Below, piece by piece: positions 37,124 through 46,547 of a stretch of DNA of 64,000 bases (positions are counted from its first letter, which is position 1; each line of letters opens with the position of its first letter). The stretch spans positions 1,612,001 to 1,676,000 of the forward strand of contig BQFW01000013.1 of NCBI GenBank assembly GCA_020891255.1, in the 5' to 3' direction. Source of the DNA: Entomortierella parvispora E1425 (taxonomy: Eukaryota > Fungi > Mortierellomycota). Under the pieces are notes generated by a model, which worked only from the letters and a program-made list of their open reading frames with translations, ran no database searches and had not been told where the DNA came from. The translations under genes and the position numbers were made by a program.

Positions 37124-38970
37124 TTATTCAAAAGCTGTCTCGTCTGTAGATCCGTCCGTGATGGACGTGACAATGGTTGGTCGCGGATGACTTGAGAATG
37201 CACGCATCTCGAACTCTTCTTGGCCGTCCCTTGCACTAGGACCTTCCCCAGTCAACGGTTCGCCAACCACGAGCATCGCTGGGGCTGATGGTTCAAACAA
37301 CATCGTTCCGTTCACAGTCGGCGACTGAGATGAGGAGCTTGGTGTCGATACATGTCCTGTGTCGTTCTCAGTAACTGTTGGGGCGGATGTTGTCCTCCGC
37401 CGTAACTTTGGTCTGGTCGATGACAGGTTTTCTTCTCCCTCGGTGTCAGAATCCTCCTCCTCCAATGCCTCGTCTTCCACCACCACTTTGCTTCCCAAGT
37501 TATCCATTTCCTTGAGCCACTGACGAGCTCTCCACTTAAAGTACAGCCGCTGGAAAATGATCAAGAAGATGCCTAGGCACAACGCTGCAATGATGATGAT
37601 CAACGTCTCTAGCGGCGATATCGTCATGGGCTGCGAGGTCATGTCGGGGTTCATGTTGTTGCTCGTAAACGTCGGATCGACCGTCATTGTGAACTCTTGG
37701 ACCGATCCTTCTATGAGATCAATCCAGAAAAGACTCTGCCCATCCGCATAGAGGGAGACGATGCTGTTGAACACGGCCAGCGTTGGATTCGTGCTGACTC
37801 CGATGGTTGGATCGGTCGATATTGAATCCAGAGTTCTTGAATCTGTAAACTTCATGGCATTCGTGTCCCATTGCATGTAGGTAGGAGCGGGAGGTTTGGG
37901 CTAATTTCAGGAAGCAAGAGTTAGCCTGTTTTGTAGGTTGTTGTTGTGAAGGATGCTTTGATGTAATACAAATGCGTTCAAAGGCTTGACAGAAGAGGTA
38001 GAGAGCTCAGCAAACACGTACCTCGTCCGAAAAACAGATTATATGAATGATCGATCCTTGAGTTGCCATGGTCGTCAGTGCACTCGAGCAGCCAATCGTC
38101 TCTGCTATGGTAACGTTGACGACATTCGAGAGTGAAATCGGTGCAATCCAGTTTGGGAGGCTTGCATTGTACGCTATTGGTATTGACTGGAGCAAACTAG
38201 TGCTGTTGATCATTGGGTTGGCCGACAGCATGTAGAGATTGCGCTGATCGTACGCCATTCCATAGCACTCATTTGCCCACTTCATACGAGTAAATAAGAA
38301 AAGGAATTGGTCAATAAGGTTCTATTATACATTGATCCTTGGGGTCAAAGGAATGGAAACCTCGTCTTACCTCAACAGGGATGGAAACTTGAGGTGTCCT
38401 AGGAAACGATCCTTGACTAGTTCTAGAAAAATACAGCGTGCTACCCAATCTCTCCATTTGAATCTGAATCCACTCTTGATCCACGCCTGTCCCTGTTGTC
38501 ACTCCTGCCGTTGAATTCGTGCTGGAGGGCAGAGAACTGAGTTCTTGAACAGGCAAGAGATCAGACAGCTGCGTGGCCAGCAAAGGATTCAAACTATTGT
38601 TTCCCGCCCCCGAATCTGGGACATATCCGATTGGGGAGGAAGAATTGACGAGTGTGGAGAGCGACACTGTGAATTGTTGGGTTTCCAGGGCGACTCGCAA
38701 GAGGAAGGTTGAACCGTCGGGGCTGAGGGCGCAGTTGTAGAAGAAGGGAATGTCGGGAAAGAGATTGAGGGCGGTTCTGAGAGTCAACGATACCACCGAC
38801 CAGGCCACGTTGGTGATGGTTTCAGCGGACGCCGGTGAGCTCCTGATGAGAAGAAACCAGTCGGGTTCTTCGGCTGTACTGATTGCTCTTCTGTTGTACG
38901 CGAACGAGGCGGCATAGACTGTCCCGTTGGCGGAGGTCACGCAGAAGGGCTGAATGGGTTGAGCCTCCAT
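37124..38970 (-). CDS. Single-pass membrane protein, paralog 1 of a local family (PFC N-terminal motif, FSSHPRP tail)
   Basis: Three ORFs linked by introns; TM segment LIIIIAALCLGIFLIIF; tail FSSHPRPTIVTSITDGS. Confidence 0.75.
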
Positions 38971-39130
38971 GGTAGGGCGAGGTGATGTTGATGAATGAAT
39001 GAAAGGATGAATGGGGAAATGAAGAGATGATGAGGCACATGTACTCGTCCAGTGAAGGTGACAAACAGAAAAAAAAAAATGCTCTCAAGCAAGCGAACCA
39101 TTCGGTCGTTCTTCCACACCTTCACATCGA

Positions 39131-39435
39131 TAATGTCTAGCGTTGCCGAATGAAATGAAGGCTAAAGCAACATTTATTCGACACCGACAAGGGACTCTAG
39201 ATGTGTGTATCTTTCTTTATTGATCTCACGTGACTCCAAAGAAAAAATTGCTCTGCAATAAAGGGATCTCTCGATGCATCTCTCAGATCTCCATCTACTC
39301 GCAAAGATATGCCTAGGGCGGGCCGGGTGGGACATCTAGAGTCCCTTGTCGGTGTCGAATAAATGTTGCTTTAGCCTTCATTTCATTCGGCAACGCTAGA
39401 CATTATTCTTCCCCCTCCAAGGGACTCTATCTGTG
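39131..39435. repeat. DIRS 3' end: 74-bp perfect inverted repeat (39131-39204 / 39332-39405), right ITR and ICR
   Basis: taatgtctagcgttgccg...ctctagatgt is the exact reverse complement of acatctagag...gctagacatta; 39403-39435 is the reverse complement of 43348-43380. Confidence 0.95.
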
Positions 39436-42400
39436 AATCCAGATGCCGGGGAAGAAGAGTGTTGGTGAAGTTGCTAACGAGGGTCCTTGAAATTCGATAG
39501 TAGTTCTCCACCATGGTAGGCGATGACCAGTTCCCTTGAACGGTCACTTCCTCCAACGGAACCCCTTTCTTGAGGGCGTTCGTAGCTCCCAGCGCCCTGA
39601 CCTTTGGGCGGGGTTGCCCCTTCTCTCTGGGCATCAGATCCAGGAGGACGGCAAGGTACTTGGAGATTCTCTCTGCTCCCAGAGGCGATTTGCCATAACT
39701 GATCTCCCTGATTAGGGGTATTATTTCAACCTCCAACAACTCCTTGTCCAGCTTGGGGTGTTGCTGCCTTGCATGTTCGTCGTGTTTCTCAGTACGCCTA
39801 CGGTACTCCTGATACACTTCTACCGGGCAAAAGATTGGATCTGTGTGCGGATGTATCAAGACGGTCTTGATAATGCGTTGTCCATCTCGACGTTCCTTGG
39901 GAGAGACGATGGTCAATTCCAGCACTCCATCTCGAATTCGGCACTGCTTTGTGTCTATACAAGCCAAGTCGTCCGGTCGAAGGAGTCCTACCAGTCCCAG
40001 CAAGAAGCATGTCTTCGATGTCAAGTGCCTAATGTTTAGGCCCTTGTTCTCACCCTTCTTGAGGATCTCGATGAAGATAGGTGTCGTATCCGCGTCGTCG
40101 TGACGTAGCCGCTTGAGTGTGTGTGCACCAATGACCTTTAGAAAATCTGACAGATTTTCATCCGCTCGCCACTCTTCCTGACGGTCCCTCGGGAAGAGTT
40201 TGAGTACTGATGACAAGTAGGCTCGGGCCGTTTGCGGCTTCCAAGCCCTAATCTCCACTCCATAGTTCAGGAAGTTCATCAAGTCCGTAGGTGAGGTATC
40301 CTCTAGTGGTCGACCTCTCTCCTGCATCCATTGCGTGAATGTTCGTTGACTCGATGTGCTCTTGTTCCTTTCCTGAGCGGATTTGGAGTCAAACAATCGG
40401 CGAATGACTCCTGCGTCGGCCCCTGTGGTCACAGCTTGCTGCCGTCGACGCTCCACGCTGTTAACTGCCACATGGGGTTCCGCTCCAGTGGCTGTGGGCT
40501 GTTTCCTGGTGCGGGTTGTACCATTGTCCTCGGTACTGGGATTGGGCTGTGTGTTGACATGGCCTGGATTGTAGGGTACCAAATCATAGCAGGCCACTGT
40601 GGTGTGATCACTGTCGCCTGCACCTTGTCCGTTCTGATCTTCTCCAGGACTCGGTTGAGGAGTGACCACGGTGGGCAGATGTAGACTCGGCCCAGGTCCT
40701 TCCAACTGAAGCTGAACGCATCCTGTCTCCACGCTGTCTCCTCGTGCATCCAGGAGACGTAGCGTTGAGTCTTCGCGTTCTTTGCCGTGGCGAATAGATC
40801 GACTGAGTGATGTCCCCAGGTCGAGTCTAGCTGTCGATAGAACGAGTTGTTGATCGACCACTCCAACTGTGCTGTCATGCGTCTCGATGGTGAGTCGGCT
40901 GGATTGAACTGAGACGGTACGTACGTTGTCATGAGTCGGGTTCCCGTCTTGATGCAATAGTCCCAAATTTGTGTTGCTAGGTCCAGCAATCGCTTTGATT
41001 TGGTCCCTCCAAACTTGTTTATCTGCGCAATTGCCGTCGTATTGTCGCAGATTACCTGGATTGTCCTGCCTCGCATGTCCGGCAGGTGTATCAGATGCCA
41101 TATCACCTTCAATTCCTTGTAATTGATGTGATACGGTTGCTCCTCCTGTGTCCATGTCTTCGAGATCTCCTCGTCCTCGTAGACTATCCCCCATGCGTCC
41201 TGAGATGCATCCGTGAATACATCGATCTCTGACCTCTGGGGGAGGAATCCCTGACCATTCCATGTCGACAGGTTTTTGCACCACCATTGAAGATCCTCTT
41301 TCGATTGGTGGTCCAGTGTGACAGACTCCGTCCATGGGCAGTTCCTTGCTAATGCTGAGTTCTGAGCTTGGATGAGTCGGCGCGTCTTTAGTCGTGCTGG
41401 AAAGATGGCCACTGTCATGGACATCGCTCTCCCTATGAAGGACGCCAATCTCTTCAGCGGGACTGCTGCTGCCTGCAGCATCTTGTTGGCTTCTCTCCTC
41501 AGGTCTCGGATCTTGTTCCCCGGGACTGACAGTGACATTTGGACGGTGTCTATGTGAAATCCCAGGTGATTGATCTGTTGCAAAGGCGTAAGCATTGATT
41601 TCTCGTTCTGAATGAGGAATCCCAGTCGTTCCAGCTTCTGACGTACCATGAGAGTGTGTCTTTCTGACTCTTCTCTGCTGGTTGCGGCAACTAATATGTC
41701 GTCTAAATATGCTGAAATGCGGATCCCCTGTTTGCGTGCCCACTGCAGGATGGGTCGTATGATCTTGGTGAAGACGTAAGGGGACAGTGAGAGACCGAAT
41801 GGAAGGGTCCTGAACTGATATGTCTTCCCGTGCCATCGGAAGCGTAGGTAGCGTCGACTTTTCGGCTGTACGGCGACGTGGAGGAAGGCGTCGCTTAAGT
41901 CGATTGATGTCAACCAATCCTTCGGCCGCAACATTTGGCAGATGTGAGTGAGCGTCTCCATCTTGAAATGTGGGGCCTTCAGGTGTTGGTTGAGAGGTCG
42001 AAGGTTGAGGACAGGGCGGAGGCCCCCTGTCTTCTTGGGTATTGTGAATAGACGGCTGTAATATCCCCAGCCTGAGCATTCTTCTATGGCCCTTTTTTGT
42101 AATAAAGAAACGATCTCTTTGTTTATTTCCTCCTTCTCCGCTGGTGTGGTGTAGGGATCGTGGATTGGTGGGAGGCGCATTGGCGGTGGTTTGCTGAAGA
42201 CGATCGAGTACCCCTTGCTGACAATGTTGTTGACCCAAGTTGAATCTGTCATCTCCTCCCATTCCCGTTTGAATTGGAGAAGGCGTGCTCCTACTGGCGC
42301 TCCTTCTCTGATCCGTTTCCCTTGTCTCCTGCAGACTTGTTGTCGTCGTAGTTGCTCGACTTTCTGGCCTTGTAAGGGCGGTTGTTCCTGCCGCCACCGT

Positions 42401-43192
42401 CACGGCTATTTGTTGACTCCTTTGACTTCTCGTGGGTAGATTTCTTGTCTGAGTCCTCGGGTTGCTTCTTCTTGAACCCGGGTTTCTTATGCAAGGGTCT
42501 CTTGCTTTCCTTGACGCTTGGCTTGGTGTAAGTCTTGCTGACGAGGTCCACAGTCGTTCTACGTTTGGCGAGGTCTTCCAGAGTGAGGATAGCATTCTCC
42601 TGGGGCTCTGAAGTTGGGAGTTCCAGATGGCGGAGATAGATGTCCTTCCGCATGAGGCTGATCTTGGAGGCGTCGTTAGATACCAAGATGCGGGCAGTGT
42701 TGACAAATGAAATGACGTGCTTGGCGAGCTCGTCTGCGTCCATTTCATATGTGAGAATTTCGTCGACGAGTGTGTCGAACAATCTCGTGGAGTTGGCCAT
42801 GTGTCCCTGAATCTTGGCCAGGTCCTGCTCATGTTTGCGAGCCAACTCTGGGAGGGTGACGCCCTGATGTTCCAAGACTGGTGGTGCTTTGTAGACCATA
42901 CCATCGGTGTAGTGATAGTCGTTCCAGTCAAAGAGGTTATGTCCTGCAGGGAGGACAGTGTTGAAGAAGTGTTTTTGTGTGATTGCTGGGTACTGATTCT
43001 GAAGTTCCGGGTATTGTAAGAGAGTGGTTGCTCGGTCACTCTTGTAGACCACTTGTCCAGGACGAATGTCGCTCTCAGTGGCTTGGTCCTGTAGCTCCTT
43101 GAGGAGTCGATCTTGGTCAGATAGTTTCTGGGTAAGAGATAGGACCGCAGCTGCCAAGGTGGCAATGTCGGGGGAAGATTGGGTGGTGGCAT
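39383..43192 (-). CDS. DIRS tyrosine recombinase (domain in roughly the last 350 codons of a 1,269-codon open frame)
   Basis: LLRPDDL (Arg), SPKE (Lys), CPV, KVRALGAT (Arg), GNWSS (Trp), NYYR (Tyr). Confidence 0.9.
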   Translation of the reverse strand: MPPPNLPPTLPPWQLRSYLLPRNYLTKIDSSRSYRTKPLRATFVLDKWSTRVTEQPLSYNTRNFRISTQQSHKNTSSTLSSLQDITSLTGTTITTPMVWSTKHHQSWNIRASPSQSWLANMSRTWPRFRDTWPTPRDCSTHSSTKFSHMKWTQTSSPSTSFHLSTLPASWYLTTPPRSASCGRTSISAIWNSQLQSPRRMLSSLWKTSPNVERLWTSSARLTPSQASRKARDPCIRNPGSRRSNPRTQTRNLPTRSQRSQQIAVTVAAGTTALTRPESRATTTTTSLQETRETDQRRSASRSTPSPIQTGMGGDDRFNLGQQHCQQGVLDRLQQTTANAPPTNPRSLHHTSGEGGNKQRDRFFITKKGHRRMLRLGILQPSIHNTQEDRGPPPCPQPSTSQPTPEGPTFQDGDAHSHLPNVAAEGLVDINRLKRRLPPRRRTAEKSTLPTLPMAREDISVQDPSIRSLTVPLRLHQDHTTHPAVGTQTGDPHFSIFRRHISCRNQQRRVRKTHSHGTSEAGTTGIPHSEREINAYAFATDQSPGISHRHRPNVTVSPGEQDPRPEERSQQDAAGSSSPAEEIGVLHRESDVHDSGHLSSTTKDAPTHPSSELSISKELPMDGVCHTGPPIERGSSMVVQKPVDMEWSGIPPPEVRDRCIHGCISGRMGDSLRGRGDLEDMDTGGATVSHQLQGIEGDMASDTPAGHARQDNPGNLRQYDGNCADKQVWRDQIKAIAGPSNTNLGLLHQDGNPTHDNVRTVSVQSSRLTIETHDSTVGVVDQQLVLSTARLDLGTSLSRSIRHGKEREDSTLRLLDARGDSVETGCVQLQLEGPGPSLHLPTVVTPQPSPGEDQNGQGAGDSDHTTVACYDLVPYNPGHVNTQPNPSTEDNGTTRTRKQPTATGAEPHVAVNSVERRRQQAVTTGADAGVIRRLFDSKSAQERNKSTSSQRTFTQWMQERGRPLEDTSPTDLMNFLNYGVEIRAWKPQTARAYLSSVLKLFPRDRQEEWRADENLSDFLKVIGAHTLKRLRHDDADTTPIFIEILKKGENKGLNIRHLTSKTCFLLGLVGLLRPDDLACIDTKQCRIRDGVLELTIVSPKERRDGQRIIKTVLIHPHTDPIFCPVEVYQEYRRRTEKHDEHARQQHPKLDKELLEVEIIPLIREISYGKSPLGAERISKYLAVLLDLMPREKGQPRPKVRALGATNALKKGVPLEEVTVQGNWSSPTMVENYYRISRTLVSNFTNTLLPRHLDSQIESLGGGRIMSSVAE
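40429..42321 (-). CDS. DIRS reverse transcriptase - RNase H - adenine-methyltransferase-like ORF
   Basis: VGARLLQF..W, IDLSDAFLHV, LPFGLSLSP, AYLDDIL, FTDASQDAWG, HINYKEL, CDNTTA, NPADSPSR, VDLFAT...YICPPW; frame is open upstream of the ATG at 42252. Confidence 0.95.
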   Translation of the reverse strand, partial: GKRIREGAPVGARLLQFKREWEEMTDSTWVNNIVSKGYSIVFSKPPPMRLPPIHDPYTTPAEKEEINKEIVSLLQKRAIEECSGWGYYSRLFTIPKKTGGLRPVLNLRPLNQHLKAPHFKMETLTHICQMLRPKDWLTSIDLSDAFLHVAVQPKSRRYLRFRWHGKTYQFRTLPFGLSLSPYVFTKIIRPILQWARKQGIRISAYLDDILVAATSREESERHTLMVRQKLERLGFLIQNEKSMLTPLQQINHLGFHIDTVQMSLSVPGNKIRDLRREANKMLQAAAVPLKRLASFIGRAMSMTVAIFPARLKTRRLIQAQNSALARNCPWTESVTLDHQSKEDLQWWCKNLSTWNGQGFLPQRSEIDVFTDASQDAWGIVYEDEEISKTWTQEEQPYHINYKELKVIWHLIHLPDMRGRTIQVICDNTTAIAQINKFGGTKSKRLLDLATQIWDYCIKTGTRLMTTYVPSQFNPADSPSRRMTAQLEWSINNSFYRQLDSTWGHHSVDLFATAKNAKTQRYVSWMHEETAWRQDAFSFSWKDLGRVYICPPWSLLNRVLEKIRTDKVQATVITPQWPAMIWYPTIQAMSTHSPIPVPRTMVQPAPGNSPQPLERNPMWQLTAWSVDGSKL

Positions 43193-43199
43193 CGGACAT
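42291..43199 (-). CDS. DIRS gag-like ORF
   Basis: First ORF after the 5' ITR, likely start MSDATTQSSPD; helical body and basic, low-complexity C-terminus. Confidence 0.75.
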   Translation of the reverse strand: MSDATTQSSPDIATLAAAVLSLTQKLSDQDRLLKELQDQATESDIRPGQVVYKSDRATTLLQYPELQNQYPAITQKHFFNTVLPAGHNLFDWNDYHYTDGMVYKAPPVLEHQGVTLPELARKHEQDLAKIQGHMANSTRLFDTLVDEILTYEMDADELAKHVISFVNTARILVSNDASKISLMRKDIYLRHLELPTSEPQENAILTLEDLAKRRTTVDLVSKTYTKPSVKESKRPLHKKPGFKKKQPEDSDKKSTHEKSKESTNSRDGGGRNNRPYKARKSSNYDDNKSAGDKGNGSEKERQ

Positions 43200-44861
43200 T
43201 AGATCAGGATCAGTCGAGTTTCGGGGGATGATTAATGTCCGGCCGCGTGAAAAAGAAAGATGGAGATCTGAGAGATGCATCGAGAGATCCCTTTATTGCA
43301 GAGCAATTTTTCTTTGGAGTCACGTGAGATCAATAAAGAAAGATACACACAGATAGAGTCCCTTGGAGGGGGAAGAATAAGAATCTCTCTCTGTTGTCAG
43401 TGCGCCACTCGTAAGGTTCACCGTTCGCGGTTAACTTTCTTTCCCCCAGCCCCAACTGTGAGAAGGTGGAGAAGGGAGAAAGGAAGGAGAGTCGCGTCCT
43501 TTGGATAAACTCTGTCCAATGCGGGAACAAAAAAGTCGCGACAGAAACTACGGAGCGCCACCCGCGGAATGGGGGCCCGTCTCTTGACCCCCCAAAAACG
43601 GATATTCGACCGTTCGCGCGCACGCCCTGCAACAGTGCCGCCACATTGGCCATTCATCATTGCTGTGGGCAACTCAACGATACACGGTACACAAAGAGGT
43701 ACTGTGCAAGTACACGAACTGTTCATGAACGATTGTTCTCTGTTCTTTTTTTAACCCCGTTCTCTTTTTTCTTTCCTTCTTGTGCAATTGGTCCGTGAGG
43801 GAAAAATGGAAGGAAAGAAGAAGGAACACAGAAAGGAGCCCTCTTTGAGGCGGACGGACCACAAAGAAAAAAGAGGCAGTAATTGCCCAGGGGTGCACAA
43901 AGCGATTCATTCACCGACAAGGCTCTGTTTCCATTACTTTCCCATGGCCACACTTGAGCTCTTTTTCCGACCGTTGTGCACTCTTTACAACCACAGATAA
44001 ACGTTTTTTTTTTAAACTACGGTCGTGCAACGCTCGAGGAGGAGGAGCTGTGGAGACCAAAGGAAAAACCAAGTGCCACCGAGAAACAACTGGGGCAACC
44101 GTAAGCACCCGCACCTTCCTTTTGTTCTTGGCTGCGCTCTAGGATGGAAGCAGTGCGCGGATGTCATTGTCCTAAAAACTGGTCAAAGAGACGTGTTCCA
44201 TTGAATAAATGCGGTGCGCGCTCATCGTCATCGTTTTTTTTTTCCCAAACGTCGGTCTTCTAACAACCTGCTTTGCATTTTTTTTTTTTGTTCATGGACT
44301 GGCGCACTATGTCTCTATCTCTCCATTCCCCGACCCTTCTGCCGTCATCTTACACCATCCCACGGTCTCTCCAAATATGGATCAGATGTGCACTACTTTT
44401 CATACATTCTTTTTCGCTCTCACTCTTTTGCCCAAGCTGCCTTTCAAATACCTAAATCTTAGAATGCGGCTCCGCCCCATTGTGTACCGCTCAACCCATT
44501 CACGTTTGCTTTTGAAAATAAAGAAACTTCTCGTTATTACCCACGGTCCATGCACAAACGCCCTCTCAATGCTCTGTACAAACCGTTCAGATCGGTCTTT
44601 TAAACTCGCGTTCAAACGGAGATACTTTCCTTCCATGCGCTCAACGCATGTGGACAAAAGCGTCCAGATACTGTCTGCTCCCATTCTTACAAACAAGCAA
44701 AAAGGAAATAGTAGTGGGCCAGACCACTGGAACGGGCCCACCATTGATTGCGGACTTCTACATCTTGGTGATGCACTCGCTCTTACCATTTTCTTCTGGA
44801 AAAACCCCTCTCGGCATTGACGCTTTCGCTAATCAAGTATCGACGACACTTCGATGGCAGG

Positions 44862-44868
44862 TATAAAA
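44862..44868 (+). promoter_or_regulatory. TATA box of the repeat-peptide gene
   Basis: TATAAAA about 110 bp upstream of the ATG at 44980. Confidence 0.5.
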
Positions 44869-44979
44869 GGAGACGAGGTTTGATCCATGTTTTCTTCTTC
44901 ACCAACACACACTCATATTCACTTTCCAACACCTTCACGCGTCCAACAACACACTCACGCGCAAAACACTCTACCAACC

Positions 44980-46080
44980 ATGAAGTTCTCCTCCTGCATT
45001 CTCCTCGGCTCTGTTGCTATCTTGGCCCTCGTCTCCGACAAGGCCTCTGCCGCTCCTGTCCCTGCCTCATCTGCCATCAAACGCGATGACGGTGATAACA
45101 ACGAGAATTTGATGCCTTGCCCTCCCAACTGGAACCCCAAGTTTGGACTAGGACCCGCCTGCAAGCCCACTGAGCCAGTTGTCCCTGAACCTGAGGCTAA
45201 GGTTGAATTGATGCCTTGCCCTAAGAACTGGAACCCCAAGTTCGGAAAGGGTCTTGCTTGCAAACCTGTTGAGCCTGTTGTCCCCGAGACAAAGGCTGAT
45301 GATGCTGAGTTGATGCCTTGCCCTAAGAACTGGACTCCCAAGTTCGGAGAGGGCCCCGCCTGCAAGCCTATTGAACCAGTGGTTCCCGAAACTGAGGCTA
45401 AGGTCGAGTTGATGCCCTGCCCTAAGAACTGGAACCCCAAGTTTGGAAAGGGTCTTGCCTGCAAACCTGTTGAGCCCGTTGTTCCCGAGACTAAGGCCGA
45501 TGATGCCGACTTGATGCCTTGCCCTACCAACTGGCACCCCAAGTTTGGACCGGGACCCGCCTGCAAGCCCACTGAGCCAGTCGTCCCTGAACCTGAGGCC
45601 GAGGTCGAATTGATGCCCTGCCCTAAGAACTGGAACCCCAAGTTTGGAAAGGGTCTTGCCTGCAAACCTGTTGAGCCCGTTGTCCCCGAGACAAAGGCTG
45701 ATGATGCCGAGTTGATGCCTTGCCCTAAGAACTGGACCCCCAATTTCGGAGAGGGCCCCGCCTGCAAGCCCACTGAGCCAGTTGTCCCTGAACCTGAGGC
45801 CGAGGTCGAATTGATGCCCTGCCCTAAGAACTGGAACCCCAAGTTCGGAAAGGGTCTTGCCTGCAAACCTGTTGAGCCTGTTGTTCCCGAGACAAAGGCT
45901 GATGATGCTGAGTTGATGCCTTGCCCTAAGAACTGGAACCCCAAGTTCGGAGAGGGCCCCGCCTGCAAGCCCATTGAGCCAGTGGTTCCCGAAACTGAGG
46001 CTGAGGTCGAGTTGATGCCCTGCCCTAAGCACTGGAACCCCAAGTTCGGAAAGGGTCTTGCTTGCAAGCCAACCGCTTAA
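44980..46080 (+). CDS. Secreted tandem-repeat precursor (366 aa): signal peptide, KR site, 10 Cys-loop units
   Basis: MKFSSCILLGSVAILALV...AIKR, then 10 x LMPCP.NW.P[KN]FG.G.ACKP separated by acidic Pro-rich linkers; intronless. Confidence 0.9.
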   Translation: MKFSSCILLGSVAILALVSDKASAAPVPASSAIKRDDGDNNENLMPCPPNWNPKFGLGPACKPTEPVVPEPEAKVELMPCPKNWNPKFGKGLACKPVEPVVPETKADDAELMPCPKNWTPKFGEGPACKPIEPVVPETEAKVELMPCPKNWNPKFGKGLACKPVEPVVPETKADDADLMPCPTNWHPKFGPGPACKPTEPVVPEPEAEVELMPCPKNWNPKFGKGLACKPVEPVVPETKADDAELMPCPKNWTPNFGEGPACKPTEPVVPEPEAEVELMPCPKNWNPKFGKGLACKPVEPVVPETKADDAELMPCPKNWNPKFGEGPACKPIEPVVPETEAEVELMPCPKHWNPKFGKGLACKPTA

Positions 46081-46547
46081 GAAATGATGTGATCCCTCTC
46101 ACAAAAAAAAATCGTGCCGTTGCATCACATACTTCACTCCAAACTTCTCAGATCTTCTGGTCTGCATACCTATATCCTCACCAGCATTATTTTCTTACTC
46201 ATCTATTTATTCCATATTTATACCAAAAAACACAAGTATCAACTCGTAATTAATAAAATCCTGGTTTCAAAGAACACAACCTTCTCACGGCTCTCTATGT
46301 CGCTGCCTTTTCACATCGGATGCATGGCAGATACGATACATGGATATGAAGGAGAGAAACCACCTCAGTCGTCAAAAAAGATAAATCACTCAGCGTTGAC
46401 CGTGGCCTGATAGACAAGAAGAAGGAGGGGCGATTACGATCTTGATTTTTTTTTTTTTTGAAAGCTCTTTGCAGGGCCTGTGTCCAAAGGGGCTGGTCAA
46501 GCACATAATCAAAAGTGTCTTTGTTGGTTGGATCATAGTTTATTATT

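Larger units (their letters stand above)
39131..43380 (-). mobile_element. Complete DIRS-type tyrosine-recombinase retrotransposon (~4.25 kb)
   Basis: gag, RT-RNaseH-MT and YR ORFs; ITR 43258-43351 inverted to 39202-39296; ICR 39332-39435 complementary to both termini; TTA trinucleotide at both ends and at the ICR junction. Confidence 0.95.

Noticed and set aside
44209-44820. 203-aa ORF between DIRS and the peptide gene
   Set aside because: T-rich composition, homopolymer runs, no motif; probably intergenic
44955-46067. Two long antisense ORFs over the repeat-peptide gene
   Set aside because: A repeat unit lacking reverse-strand stops propagates open frames; no independent protein features
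34740-46080. RiPP-like cluster of FAD monooxygenase plus repeat precursor
   Set aside because: 8 kb apart with a membrane gene and DIRS between; no DUF3328-type oxidase, dedicated protease or transporter seen
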